A DNA stretch of 64,000 nt. Source: Vicinamibacterales bacterium (GTDB lineage Bacteria > Acidobacteriota > Vicinamibacteria > Vicinamibacterales > UBA8438). Positions 50,149-58,723 of the stretch are shown here, piece by piece; the first letter of the stretch is position 1; the number at the start of each line of letters is the position of its first letter. The notes under the pieces are model-generated. The model was given only the letters and a program-made list of their open reading frames with translations, ran no database searches and was not told the origin of the DNA. The DNA lies in contig OZ244229.1 in the NCBI GenBank assembly GCA_965217045.1, positions 265,768 to 329,767 of the forward strand. Reading direction: 5' to 3'. The position numbers and the translations under genes are program-made.

Positions 50149-51324
50149 GTGGCGCGGCTGACTATCGCGATGCTGCGCTCGCTCTCGAAACCAGGCCGGT
50201 ACGGCGACGGCCCGTCCTCAACGTTGTACCTGAACATCGCGCCCGGCGGATCGAAGTCCTGGGTGCAGCGGCTGGTCGTCGCCGGCAAGCGTCGCGACAT
50301 CGGCCTCGGCGGTTTTCCGCTCGTCACGCTGGCCGAGGCGCGGGACCAGGCGTTCGAGAATCGCCGGCTCGCACGCCGAGGCGGTGACCCGCTCGTGGAG
50401 AAGCGGCGTTCCCGGATGCCGACGTTCGCGGAGGCCGTGCGCACGACGTATCAGGCCAACCGGCCGCGGTGGCGTAGCCTCAAGACGGCCCGGATCTGGT
50501 TGCAGCAGCTCGAGCGCCACGCGTTCCCGGTCCTCGCCGATCTGCCTGTCGACCGGATCGGCCGCGAGGAAGTGCTTCGCGTCCTCACGCCGATCTGGAC
50601 CAAGCACCCGGACATCGCGCGCAAGCTCCGCGGTCGCATCCGCGTCACGCTGGCGTGGTGCCAAGCGCACGGCTACATCGAGAACAACGTGGCGGGAGAA
50701 GCCATCGCCGGCGCGCTGCCGGCCATGCCGGCCGTCATGGAGCACTACCGGGCGTTGCCCTTCAAGGAGGTGCCGACCGTCCTGGAGGCCGTGCGGGCGT
50801 CGGGAGCGTCAACGACGTCGAAGCTCGGGTTCGAGTTCTTGGTACTTACGGCCGCGCGAGCCGGCGAGGTCCGGGGCGCGACGTGGTCCGAGGTCGACCT
50901 GGAGGCCCGCGAATGGCGGGTCCCCGCGAAGAGGATGAAGGGCGGGGAGGAGCATCGCGTACCGTTGTCCGACGCTGCAGTCGACGTTGTGGAACGCGCC
51001 CGCCCGTTCCGTGACGGGTCGGACCTGCTGTTTCCCTCCACGTCGCGGCCGGGCAAGCCGCTGAGCAACATGACGTGGACGAAGCTGCTCCGGGGACTAG
51101 GCATCGACGCCGTGCCGCATGGCTTCCGGTCGTCGTTCCGCGATTGGTGCGCTGAGACGGGCAAGCCGCGGGAAGTCGCCGAGGCGGCGTTGGCTCACAC
51201 GGTCGGCGGCGTTGAGGGAGCCTACTTCCGCTCGGACTTGTTCGAACGGCGCCGTCAGTTGATGCAGGGGTGGGCGCAGTTCCTGAGCGGGACCACTGCG
51301 AGGGTGGTTCGCATGCGCGGATAG
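50149..51324 (+). CDS. tyrosine recombinase/integrase, P4-like with N-terminal arm-binding (DUF4102-type) domain
   Basis: ARLTIAMLRSLSKPGRYGDG..LYLNIAPGGSKSWVQR, and C-terminal HGFRSSFRDW...LAHTVGG...AY. It lies immediately 3' of tRNA-Leu. Confidence 0.85.
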   Translation: MARLTIAMLRSLSKPGRYGDGPSSTLYLNIAPGGSKSWVQRLVVAGKRRDIGLGGFPLVTLAEARDQAFENRRLARRGGDPLVEKRRSRMPTFAEAVRTTYQANRPRWRSLKTARIWLQQLERHAFPVLADLPVDRIGREEVLRVLTPIWTKHPDIARKLRGRIRVTLAWCQAHGYIENNVAGEAIAGALPAMPAVMEHYRALPFKEVPTVLEAVRASGASTTSKLGFEFLVLTAARAGEVRGATWSEVDLEAREWRVPAKRMKGGEEHRVPLSDAAVDVVERARPFRDGSDLLFPSTSRPGKPLSNMTWTKLLRGLGIDAVPHGFRSSFRDWCAETGKPREVAEAALAHTVGGVEGAYFRSDLFERRRQLMQGWAQFLSGTTARVVRMRG

Positions 51325-51526
51325 CAGAACATTGTCGTGATCCTGTCGACCCACATCGTGAAGAACCTGAGCGACTTTCTGTCAGACTGAGGACTCTGTG
51401 TGGGAACGACGATCTCCCTCCGCGTCGCAGGTACGGCCATCGATTCGGCGAAGAACGGTCGGGGCGAGGATTATGGCCGCCTATTCCAAGACACCGACCG
51501 CACTGCCTTCGCGCGGAGCGGCTTAG

Positions 51527-52150
51527 CTACGAGAATGTCGACCCTGACCTCAGCGCCAGCCCGCGGGCCACGTCCGCCTCGACCGAACCGTAGAGTCGCC
51601 GGAGCCCTTGCGCGACCGGCTCGAGGGCCGCGAAACGGCTCCCCACCTTGCACACGTGCCAGCCCACACACTCGGCGTTCCAGTGGTCCACCGCCGCGAA
51701 GGTCCAGACCCAGCCGTCGTCGGCCGTGAACACCCGCACGCCGTCGGTACCCCACATGACGTTGGGCGCCGAGGTGACAATCGTGCCGTCGTGCGCCCTC
51801 GAGTCAGCCTGCCGCCCGCGGTGGGGCGAGAGCAACCCCTTCGCGCGCATCACGCGCAACACTCGCGTCCGCGAGACCCACACCCCGTCGAGGATCCGCA
51901 GCCGCGCGTGGACCTTGCGATGGCCCTCGCCCCGGAACGGGGAGCGGGCCAGGTCGCTACGAATGGCCGCCAGTAACTGCGTATCCGACAGCGCGGGCGT
52001 CGGCCCGCGGCGCCCCAGGCCAGCACCCCGCGCTGGGCGCTGCAAACGAGCCCGCCGCGCGTAGAGCGCCGAGCGCGACCGTTCCCACAGTCGACACACC
52101 CGCTCGAGACCATAGCGCCGCCCCGTCGTCGCGGAGGTCGTTGCGCTCAT
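51527..52150 (-). pseudogene. IS3 OrfB (rve) truncated
   Basis: VMWGTDGVRVFTADDGWVWTFAAVDHWNAECVGWH is present, but the remainder of the DDE core is missing. Confidence 0.7.
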
Positions 52151-52584
52151 CGTCGCGACCTCCGCGTCGCCAAAGGGAGGCGACGCTCCGCTCCACGGGC
52201 ACGCTCCCGCAACAGCTCGTTCTCCATCGACAGCTCGCCAATGTGTCGCTTGGCAGCATCCAACTCGGCGGCCAGTGGCTCACCGGCCTGCGCCTTCAGA
52301 CCGAGCTCGAGACCGGCCAGCGCCCGGGCCTTCCACGCCTCCAGGCGATAGACCTCCACCCCGACTTCTCGCGAGACCGCATCCAGCGACTCGCCGCGCA
52401 GCAGCCGCAACACCACGTCCCGTTTCCGGCTTGCGCTCCACCGCTGGCCGAGCGCCAAGGCCCCCAACCCAACCGCCGCGCCGTCGGCGCTGACTCCGGT
52501 CGCCCTCCGGGCTCCCTCCGTCCGCGCCGACGCGGTTCCCTTCACCCATCTCGACCGAGCCATGCCCCCTACCTCCTGTGACAT
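52147..52584 (-). CDS. IS3 transposase OrfA
   Basis: ORF track. HTH region RLLRGESLDAVSREVGV and a coiled-coil tail. It overlaps orfB by ATGA. Confidence 0.7.
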   Translation of the reverse strand: MSQEVGGMARSRWVKGTASARTEGARRATGVSADGAAVGLGALALGQRWSASRKRDVVLRLLRGESLDAVSREVGVEVYRLEAWKARALAGLELGLKAQAGEPLAAELDAAKRHIGELSMENELLRERARGAERRLPLATRRSRR

Positions 52585-53846
52585 CGGATTCTCCCTTAAT
52601 CCGTGTCCAAGAAAACTGGGGGCGCCTCACGCCGTCATCGTAACGCACTCGGGATTCGGCGGGCATGAGTACGATGCGGCCAAAGCATTTTTTCTCCACC
52701 ACGGTCTGGAGCTTCCATCGACACCACTTCTTGCGCCGGAGTTCCGGAACCCACTGTTTCTCAAGACCTTGTGCCGGGGTCTCGAGACGAAAGGGGAGCG
52801 TCGCCTCCCTCGGGGCATTCACGGTATCACCGCGGTGTTCGACTTGTATTTCGTTGCAGTCAACGACCGGCTGGCCTCGACCCTTGATTTCGACTCCCGG
52901 ACTCCACTCGTGCGACAGGCGGTTGAGGCCGTTGCGGAGGCGAGTCTCGATTCAGGCAGGCCATGGCTTACCCTGGCGGAGACTGGAGAAGTCGTCAACG
53001 GGTTCTTGGGCGGGCGCGGCTTTGAGCGATCTCTTTATCGGGGGCTGGTCGCGGAGGGTGTCCTCGTTGAGGAGGTGGCGTCATTGCCCGCCGAGAATAC
53101 GGAAATTGTGGTCATCATTGGGTACGAGCGCTGTGCTGATCACCTCGTGGCGAAGATCCTATTGGACAGATATCTCGACCTCAATGATCCTGGCGTTGCA
53201 TTTGCGGAGACTGGAGGTTTGGAGTTTGTCGGCGATGACAAGCGCTACGTTTCGCCTGGTCTCCTGGAGGCCCTGTGCATTCAGGTGCCCGAGCAGACCG
53301 GACAAGAACTCATTTCGGTCGCGCCAACGTGTGCCGATCGATTGGGGTTCGGTGATGCGTTCCGGCAGAGTCTTGTCTGGCGGGCGTACGCGGCTTTTTC
53401 GGAGGGAACCCACGGAGCCATAAACAGGCTGTGCCGAAGCAACGAAGACCTGAACGATACGATCGATGTGCTGCTCACCGTCGCCACGTTGCCCGAACAC
53501 CCGCTCAATGCGCGCTATCTCAATGGGCGGCTGCGAGAGGACGCGCTGCCGGAACGGGATGCGTGGTGGAGCGTGTACCTCCACCACGCCTATGGTGAGG
53601 GCGGCGCCGTCGACAGACTAGTTGAGCCGCTTGCAAAACTCCCGGGGGATTGGGGTGGGCGCAGTCCTCAGCTCTCTTGGTGAACACGATTGCCCTGGAT
53701 CGCCGACTGGATATCTTGTCGGGAGAACCGGCGGCACGCCGGAGGTAGAAGTCGGATGTTTCGACGTGTTCTCGACCGCGCGTTGGGACACCCGTGGGTG
53801 ACTGACGCCCGTCGGGCGCCGAGGGGCGTTGCCGGCGGTGCACTGG

Positions 53847-55133
53847 TTATGTCACGAGGCGCACGAGTTGGTCGGCGGTGAGTGCGAGCACGCCGAACAT
53901 GCAGTGGCACATCACTTTCGAGGCGCCACGGACCCGGACATGGCGACCGCCGAACTCGTCCTTGAGTCGGCCATTGACGCGCTCACCCGCCGTACGCTCG
54001 TTGTAGCGAGCCTGCTCGGGAAGCTGAAAGCCGATACGCTGCAGGCGCCGGGCTTCGGTTCGCAATTCCTCCGCCAGCGCCTTGTCGCGGCGGGGGTTGG
54101 TGTCAATCAACGGGACGTGGCCGAGTGAGCGGCTGTGCTGGCGGATCGGTTCCGCGTCGTAGGCGGCGTCCATCAGGTCATACAGATTGGTCGTTCGCTC
54201 GGCCGACAAGGTCGCCAGCGGAATGGCGGCTTGGCTGTCGTGCAGGGAGGCGGACGTCAGCAGGCAACTGATCGGAATCTGGCCGTCGGCCACGTCGAGG
54301 TGCAGCTTGTAGCCGACCCAGGTCGACTTGTAGCCCTTGCTGTCCTTTTTCATGCCCACGTCACAGTCGGTCGGCAGGTCGTCGAGCATCGCCGGCAAGG
54401 TCATGGCCGCCTGCCGGTCGAGGCGCTTGAGGACCTTCGGCCGTTCCTCACCCTTCTTCGGCCGTCCCCGCTTGCGCTTGGGCAGCGGGGGCGTCTTTTC
54501 CTTCGCGGCCGGCTTCTCGCGGGCCTCGATGGCCGTCGAGTCGCGGCAGAGGTGACCCACCAACCGGTCGTGGTGGGTGTTGCGGATCAACGCTGCATGC
54601 GTGCGCTGGGGCAACTGTGTGTCGGAGAACTCGACGAAGGCGCGTGAGAAGACCGACTCGCTCGGCACCTCGCTCTTCCGCTCCCAGCCGCAGATCCGGG
54701 CCGCAGTGCCACCGGTCGTCGGTGACCAACGCTGCGCGTCCAGCAGCACGCGCGCGTCGGCAGACCGACTCGCTCGGACCTCGCTCTTCCGCTCCCAGCC
54801 GCAGATCCGCCGCAGCGCCACGTCGGCGTCCAGCAGCACGCGCGTCGTCGGCATGTCGTAGACCGCCTTGGCCACGAAGGCTCGCGCCAGTGCCGCGCGG
54901 TCCTTGCGCGGACGCCCCGGCACCCGGAAGCACCGGGGAATCCACTGCTCGATACGGATGACCTCGAGAGTCTGCACCAACTGCTGCTGTTTCCCGGTCA
55001 GCGGACCCAACACGGGCTCCAACTGGGGGAACAGCGCACGCTGGATCGACTGCCAATAGGGGGCGAAGGAACCACGCAGGCAGTTCATGGTTTGTTTGAT
55101 TGACCACTCCTGCCTACTACTGTATATTAGCAA
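53847..55133 (-). CDS. DDE transposase (DUF772-type N-terminal domain plus DDE_Tnp_1-type core); the likely true start is MNCLRGS at 55088
   Basis: ORF track. GRPRKDRAALARAFVAKAVY and YKLHLDV...LMDAAYDA...NERTAGERVNGRLKDEFG. It contains an internal tandem duplication. Confidence 0.85.
   Translation of the reverse strand: MLIYSSRQEWSIKQTMNCLRGSFAPYWQSIQRALFPQLEPVLGPLTGKQQQLVQTLEVIRIEQWIPRCFRVPGRPRKDRAALARAFVAKAVYDMPTTRVLLDADVALRRICGWERKSEVRASRSADARVLLDAQRWSPTTGGTAARICGWERKSEVPSESVFSRAFVEFSDTQLPQRTHAALIRNTHHDRLVGHLCRDSTAIEAREKPAAKEKTPPLPKRKRGRPKKGEERPKVLKRLDRQAAMTLPAMLDDLPTDCDVGMKKDSKGYKSTWVGYKLHLDVADGQIPISCLLTSASLHDSQAAIPLATLSAERTTNLYDLMDAAYDAEPIRQHSRSLGHVPLIDTNPRRDKALAEELRTEARRLQRIGFQLPEQARYNERTAGERVNGRLKDEFGGRHVRVRGASKVMCHCMFGVLALTADQLVRLVT
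54651..54853 (-). repeat. in-frame tandem duplication of about 112 bp inside the transposase gene
   Basis: GACCGACTCGCTCGG(C)ACCTCGCTCTTCCGCTCCCAGCCGCAGATCC...GTCCAGCAGCACGCGCG occurs at 54651 and again at 54763. The peptide ICGWERKSEV and the RVLLDA motif are repeated. Confidence 0.8.
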
Positions 55134-55160
55134 ACATCAAGGATGTGAAACAACGAATCG

Positions 55161-55508
55161 ATGGCCTACAGCGCAGCGTTACGCCGCTATGAGGAGCAAT
55201 ACGACGCGCTCAAGGCGGAACTGCAAACGCTCGGGTTCGTAGGCCAGGGCGGCGTTCACACCCGCCGGATAACGTGTGGGAGGGCTACCTGTCGCTGCCA
55301 CGACGACCCGGACGCCCGTCACGGCCCCTACCACTACTGGACGCGCAAGGCCCGCGGAAAGACCGTCGGCTTGAACCTCACCGAAGACGAACTCGTCCTC
55401 TACCGGGAGTGGATCGAGAACAACCGTAAACTGGAACGGCTCGTGAAGGAAATGCGCCACCTCTCTTCGCGTGCGCTTGCCCTCATAACCGGCAGGCAGG
55501 CTCCATGA
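55161..55508 (+). CDS. small Cys-rich IS accessory protein (DUF6788-like)
   Basis: ORF track. 115 aa, paralog of 1191-1652, and inside the IS boundaries. Confidence 0.6.
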   Translation: MAYSAALRRYEEQYDALKAELQTLGFVGQGGVHTRRITCGRATCRCHDDPDARHGPYHYWTRKARGKTVGLNLTEDELVLYREWIENNRKLERLVKEMRHLSSRALALITGRQAP

Positions 55509-55731
55509 ACCCCCGTGTCGCCGGCTTCCCGGGCGCGGTCACTGCCATCCTGCGAATGCTGCATCCCGCCCGCTGACCGTCCCTCGCCCCGCCGCCTCCG
55601 GCAGGGAAAACTCGGCCGATCACGCGTTTCGCAAGAGGCTCTAGTTGATTGGGCATCCTCGCTGGATTCGGGCAGACCCATCAATGACGACGCGGTGGAT
55701 CTGTGCGCAGTGGCGCTCGCGTGGATGCTTA

Positions 55732-57425
55732 GCCCGGATTATGCGTGAAGGTGCGGTTGAGGGGGAGACACAGGAGCCTCCGTGTGGTACAAACGTAATG
55801 TACACAACGTTTTAGCCACAACGGAGATCCCTGCGTGACGCCTCACACGATGCCACAGACTGTTCTGTTCCCGGATCTGTTCGACAAGCCCCTCGTCGCC
55901 ACGTTCAACCAGGAACACGCGAGTTCCGACGGCGGCGCCGTCCTGCTCAAGGCGGCCGAGCGCGTGTACGGCTTGGTCAAGGCGTTCGCCCAGTGTCTGG
56001 CCGACAAGCGCGCCGCGGAGAAGATTCGGCACACGTTCGCGGATCTGATCGGCCAGCGGATCTTCGGCATCGCGTGCGGTCATCCCGATGGCAACGATGC
56101 CGACCACTTGGCCGACGACCCCATCCACAAGCTGCTGCTCGGGCGGGACCCGGTGTCCGGCGCGCCCTTGGCGTCGCAACCTACGATCTCGCGGTTCGAG
56201 AACGGCGCGACCCGCACCGCGCTCTACCGGATGGGGCGCGAGTTGGCGGCGTGCGTCATCGAGCGGCATCGGCGCCGCCTGCACGGGCGGGCGCGGCTCG
56301 TCACCATCGATCTGGATCCGACCGACGACCTGACGCACGGCGCCCAGCAGCTCACGTTCTTCAACGGGCACTATGGCGGCTGGTGTTATCTGCCGCTGCT
56401 CGGGTTTCTGAGCTTCGACCGCGAGGCGGAGCAGTATCTGTGCGCGGCGGTGCTGCGGCCCGGCAACGCAGTGGCCGCCGACGGGACCCTCGGGCTGCTG
56501 TGTCGGCTGCTCCCGCTGCTGCGGGCGGCGTTTCCGCGGGCGCGGTTTCTCGTTCGGCTCGACGGGGGCTTTGCGACCCCGGAGGTCTTCGAGTTCCTGG
56601 ATGCGGAGCCCCGGCTCGACTACGTGGTGGCGATGGCGAAAAATGCGGTTTTGGAGCGGCATGCCGAATCCGCGCTGCAGACGGCGCGCACGCAGAGCGA
56701 GGTCAGTGGCGAGACCGCACACGTCTATACCGACGCCCGCTACGCCGCCCGCACCTGGGGCCATGAGCGCCGGGTGGTGATCAAAGCCGAAGTGGTCCGC
56801 CTCGGCGAACGTGCGCCGCGGGACAACCCGCGCTTCGTGGTGACGAACCTGCGCCAGACGCCGCGTTTCATCTACGAGAAGGTCTACTGTGCGCGGGGGG
56901 ACATCGAGAACCGGATCAAGGAGTTGCTCGACGGCCTGCAGATCGACCGCACGAGCTGCTGCCGGTTCTGGGCCAACCAACTGCGCGTCTTGCTGACGGC
57001 CGCAGCCTACGTGCTGATGCAGGAGCTGCGGCTGCGGGCGGCGGGCACCGCGTGCGCCCGCACCCAGGTGACGTGGCTACGCGACCGATTGCTCAAGCTC
57101 GGGGTCCAGGTCGTCCGCTCGGTCCGCCGGCTCGTTCTGCATCTGCCGCGGGCCACGCCGCAGCGCGAGGCATGGCAGCGCATCGCCCTCGCACTCGGCG
57201 CACGTGCCGGATAGCCCATCCGTCCCGCCGCACCAAGCTCCCTCGGGGACGATACGGACCGTCTCCAGGAGAAGCTGTCGACACTCGGGCTCACCGCGCC
57301 CGGCCATCGCCCCATGGCTCGCCCCGCAACCCCCTCGCAGCCCCCAAATGACGATGGCGAAACCCTGTTCGTCGTCCCGCCACGCCCTGTCGATCCCGAA
57401 TATCGAGCTTCAGGAATAATGCGGG
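55732..57425 (+). mobile_element. IS1380-family insertion sequence
   Basis: Inverted repeats GCCCGGATTATGCGTGAAGG (55732) and CCCGCATTATTCCTGAAGC (reverse complement of 57425), about 15/19. It is flanked by TTA at 55729-55731 and 57426-57428. The boundaries are good to about 2 nt. Confidence 0.75.
55835..57214 (+). CDS. IS1380-family DDE transposase
   Basis: ORF track. FNQEHASSDGGAVLL, DLDPTDD, YCARGDIENRIKEL. Confidence 0.85.
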   Translation: MTPHTMPQTVLFPDLFDKPLVATFNQEHASSDGGAVLLKAAERVYGLVKAFAQCLADKRAAEKIRHTFADLIGQRIFGIACGHPDGNDADHLADDPIHKLLLGRDPVSGAPLASQPTISRFENGATRTALYRMGRELAACVIERHRRRLHGRARLVTIDLDPTDDLTHGAQQLTFFNGHYGGWCYLPLLGFLSFDREAEQYLCAAVLRPGNAVAADGTLGLLCRLLPLLRAAFPRARFLVRLDGGFATPEVFEFLDAEPRLDYVVAMAKNAVLERHAESALQTARTQSEVSGETAHVYTDARYAARTWGHERRVVIKAEVVRLGERAPRDNPRFVVTNLRQTPRFIYEKVYCARGDIENRIKELLDGLQIDRTSCCRFWANQLRVLLTAAAYVLMQELRLRAAGTACARTQVTWLRDRLLKLGVQVVRSVRRLVLHLPRATPQREAWQRIALALGARAG

Positions 57426-57428
57426 TTA

Positions 57429-58723
57429 GGACAGTGATCGATATAAAGTTATCAACTTCATCGGGGTAACAGTTTGTAATTCCATTCCCCATGGAACGTA
57501 TCGCGGACCAGCGCGATTGCGTCCATCTGTTCCTTGGTCACCGTAACGCCCGTGGGATACTGCCCGGCGTCGAGTTCGGCCAGGACCCGGAGCCCGGTCG
57601 CCGTCCGGGTGTTCCCGATGCGGTCGACGATAGTCTCATAGGTCGTCAGCGGGGTGCCGCGCCAGTTCGCCGTGATGTGACAGAAGAGCCGGTGTTCGAT
57701 CTTGTTCCACTTGCTGGTGCCGGGTGGACAATGACTCACCTGGATGGTCAGTCCGGTCTCGTCGGCCAACTGTTGAAGCTCATGCTTCCAGGCGCGAGAC
57801 CGATACCCGTTGCTCCCGCCCGCATCGGCCGTGACGAACAGGGCGGTGGCGTCGGGGTAGGCGCCGCAGCCCATCTGGCGCCACCAGTGGCGAATCGACG
57901 CCACCGCGAACGTCGGTGTGTCGTGGTCCCATCCCACGCTCACCCAGGCTTCGTTGCGCGCCATGTCGTAGACGCCGTACGGAATCGCCTTGCCCTCGGC
58001 GTCGGTTGGGAAATCATGGACCAACACCGCCGGCGGCGTGCCCTTCGGCTGCCATTCCCGCCCGCCGTTCTTGAAGTTTCCGACCAGCTCTTTCTTCTTC
58101 GTGTCGACCGAGATCACCGGCCGCCCCTCGGCCAGAAACGCGTCCGCGGTCGCGTTGATGTGCTCGAACTGCGCGTTACGGTCCGGGTGGCTCGCTCCCT
58201 CCTGGCGCTTGCGGGGCGATTGCAGCCGGTAGCCCAGTTGATGCAGCATCCGGCCGACGGTGGTCGAACTCACTCGCCACCCCTGTTGTGTCAGCGCCGC
58301 GGCCAGCTTCGCCCGACTCTTGCCTGTCCAGCGTAGCGGCGAGGTCGGGTCTCCGCGCGTCAGCGGGTCCACCAGCGCTTCGAGTGCGGCCAGCAGACCG
58401 GGCTGGCTCTGTTCGAGACGGGGCCGCCCGGCGCCCGGACGTCGTACCCGGTCTGTCGGCGTTTGGCCTTGCGAGATCTCCCGGCGACCCTTCCGGATCG
58501 TCTCCCGGGCCAGACCCGTGGCCGACGAGACCAGCGCGTCCCCGCCATAGCCGATGAACAAAGACTCGGTGGCCGCCCACCGGCGGCGACTGCGCTCATC
58601 CAACACGGGCGAGACCACCGCGTACTTCGCGACGATGGTGGCTTCCAATTCCACGTTGCGCTGCATGCAACCGAAATAGACTACGAAACCCAGAAGATAG
58701 CAAGTTAATTGCCGCCAGTGGCC
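57429..58723 (-). mobile_element. ISAzo13-family insertion sequence
   Basis: Ends GGACAGTGATCGATATAAAG (57429) and GGCCACTGGCGGCAATTAAC (reverse complement of 58723). It is flanked by TTA at 57426-57428 and 58724-58726. The same arms are found in the MITE at 22301-22401. Confidence 0.7.
57458..58666 (-). CDS. ISAzo13-family (Rhodopirellula-type DDE) transposase
   Basis: ORF track. SRRRWAATESL, ISVDTKKKELVGNFKNGGREW, HCPPGTSKWNKIEHRLF. Confidence 0.85.
   Translation of the reverse strand: MQRNVELEATIVAKYAVVSPVLDERSRRRWAATESLFIGYGGDALVSSATGLARETIRKGRREISQGQTPTDRVRRPGAGRPRLEQSQPGLLAALEALVDPLTRGDPTSPLRWTGKSRAKLAAALTQQGWRVSSTTVGRMLHQLGYRLQSPRKRQEGASHPDRNAQFEHINATADAFLAEGRPVISVDTKKKELVGNFKNGGREWQPKGTPPAVLVHDFPTDAEGKAIPYGVYDMARNEAWVSVGWDHDTPTFAVASIRHWWRQMGCGAYPDATALFVTADAGGSNGYRSRAWKHELQQLADETGLTIQVSHCPPGTSKWNKIEHRLFCHITANWRGTPLTTYETIVDRIGNTRTATGLRVLAELDAGQYPTGVTVTKEQMDAIALVRDTFHGEWNYKLLPR

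Larger units (their letters stand above)
51527..52629 (-). mobile_element. IS3-family element remnant (one end intact, orfB truncated)
   Basis: The terminus TGAGGCGCCCCCAGTTTTCTTGGACACGGATTAAGG (reverse complement ending at 52629) resembles the IS3 inverted repeat at 15408. OrfB stops matching after about 200 aa. Confidence 0.7.
53624..55641 (-). mobile_element. IS4/IS5-superfamily insertion sequence, copy 2 (complete, 2018 bp)
   Basis: Inverted repeats GAGCCGCTTGCAAAACTCCCG (53624) and GAGCCTCTTGCGAAACGCGTG (reverse complement of 55641). The 5-bp duplication TAGTT is at 53619-53623 and 55642-55646. Confidence 0.85.

Noticed and set aside
55118-55136. LexA/SOS-box-like TACTGTATATTAGCAAAC in the IS divergent promoter region (also near 1150 in copy 1)
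   Set aside because: Only the CTGT half-site is present, and the ACAG half is missing in both copies.
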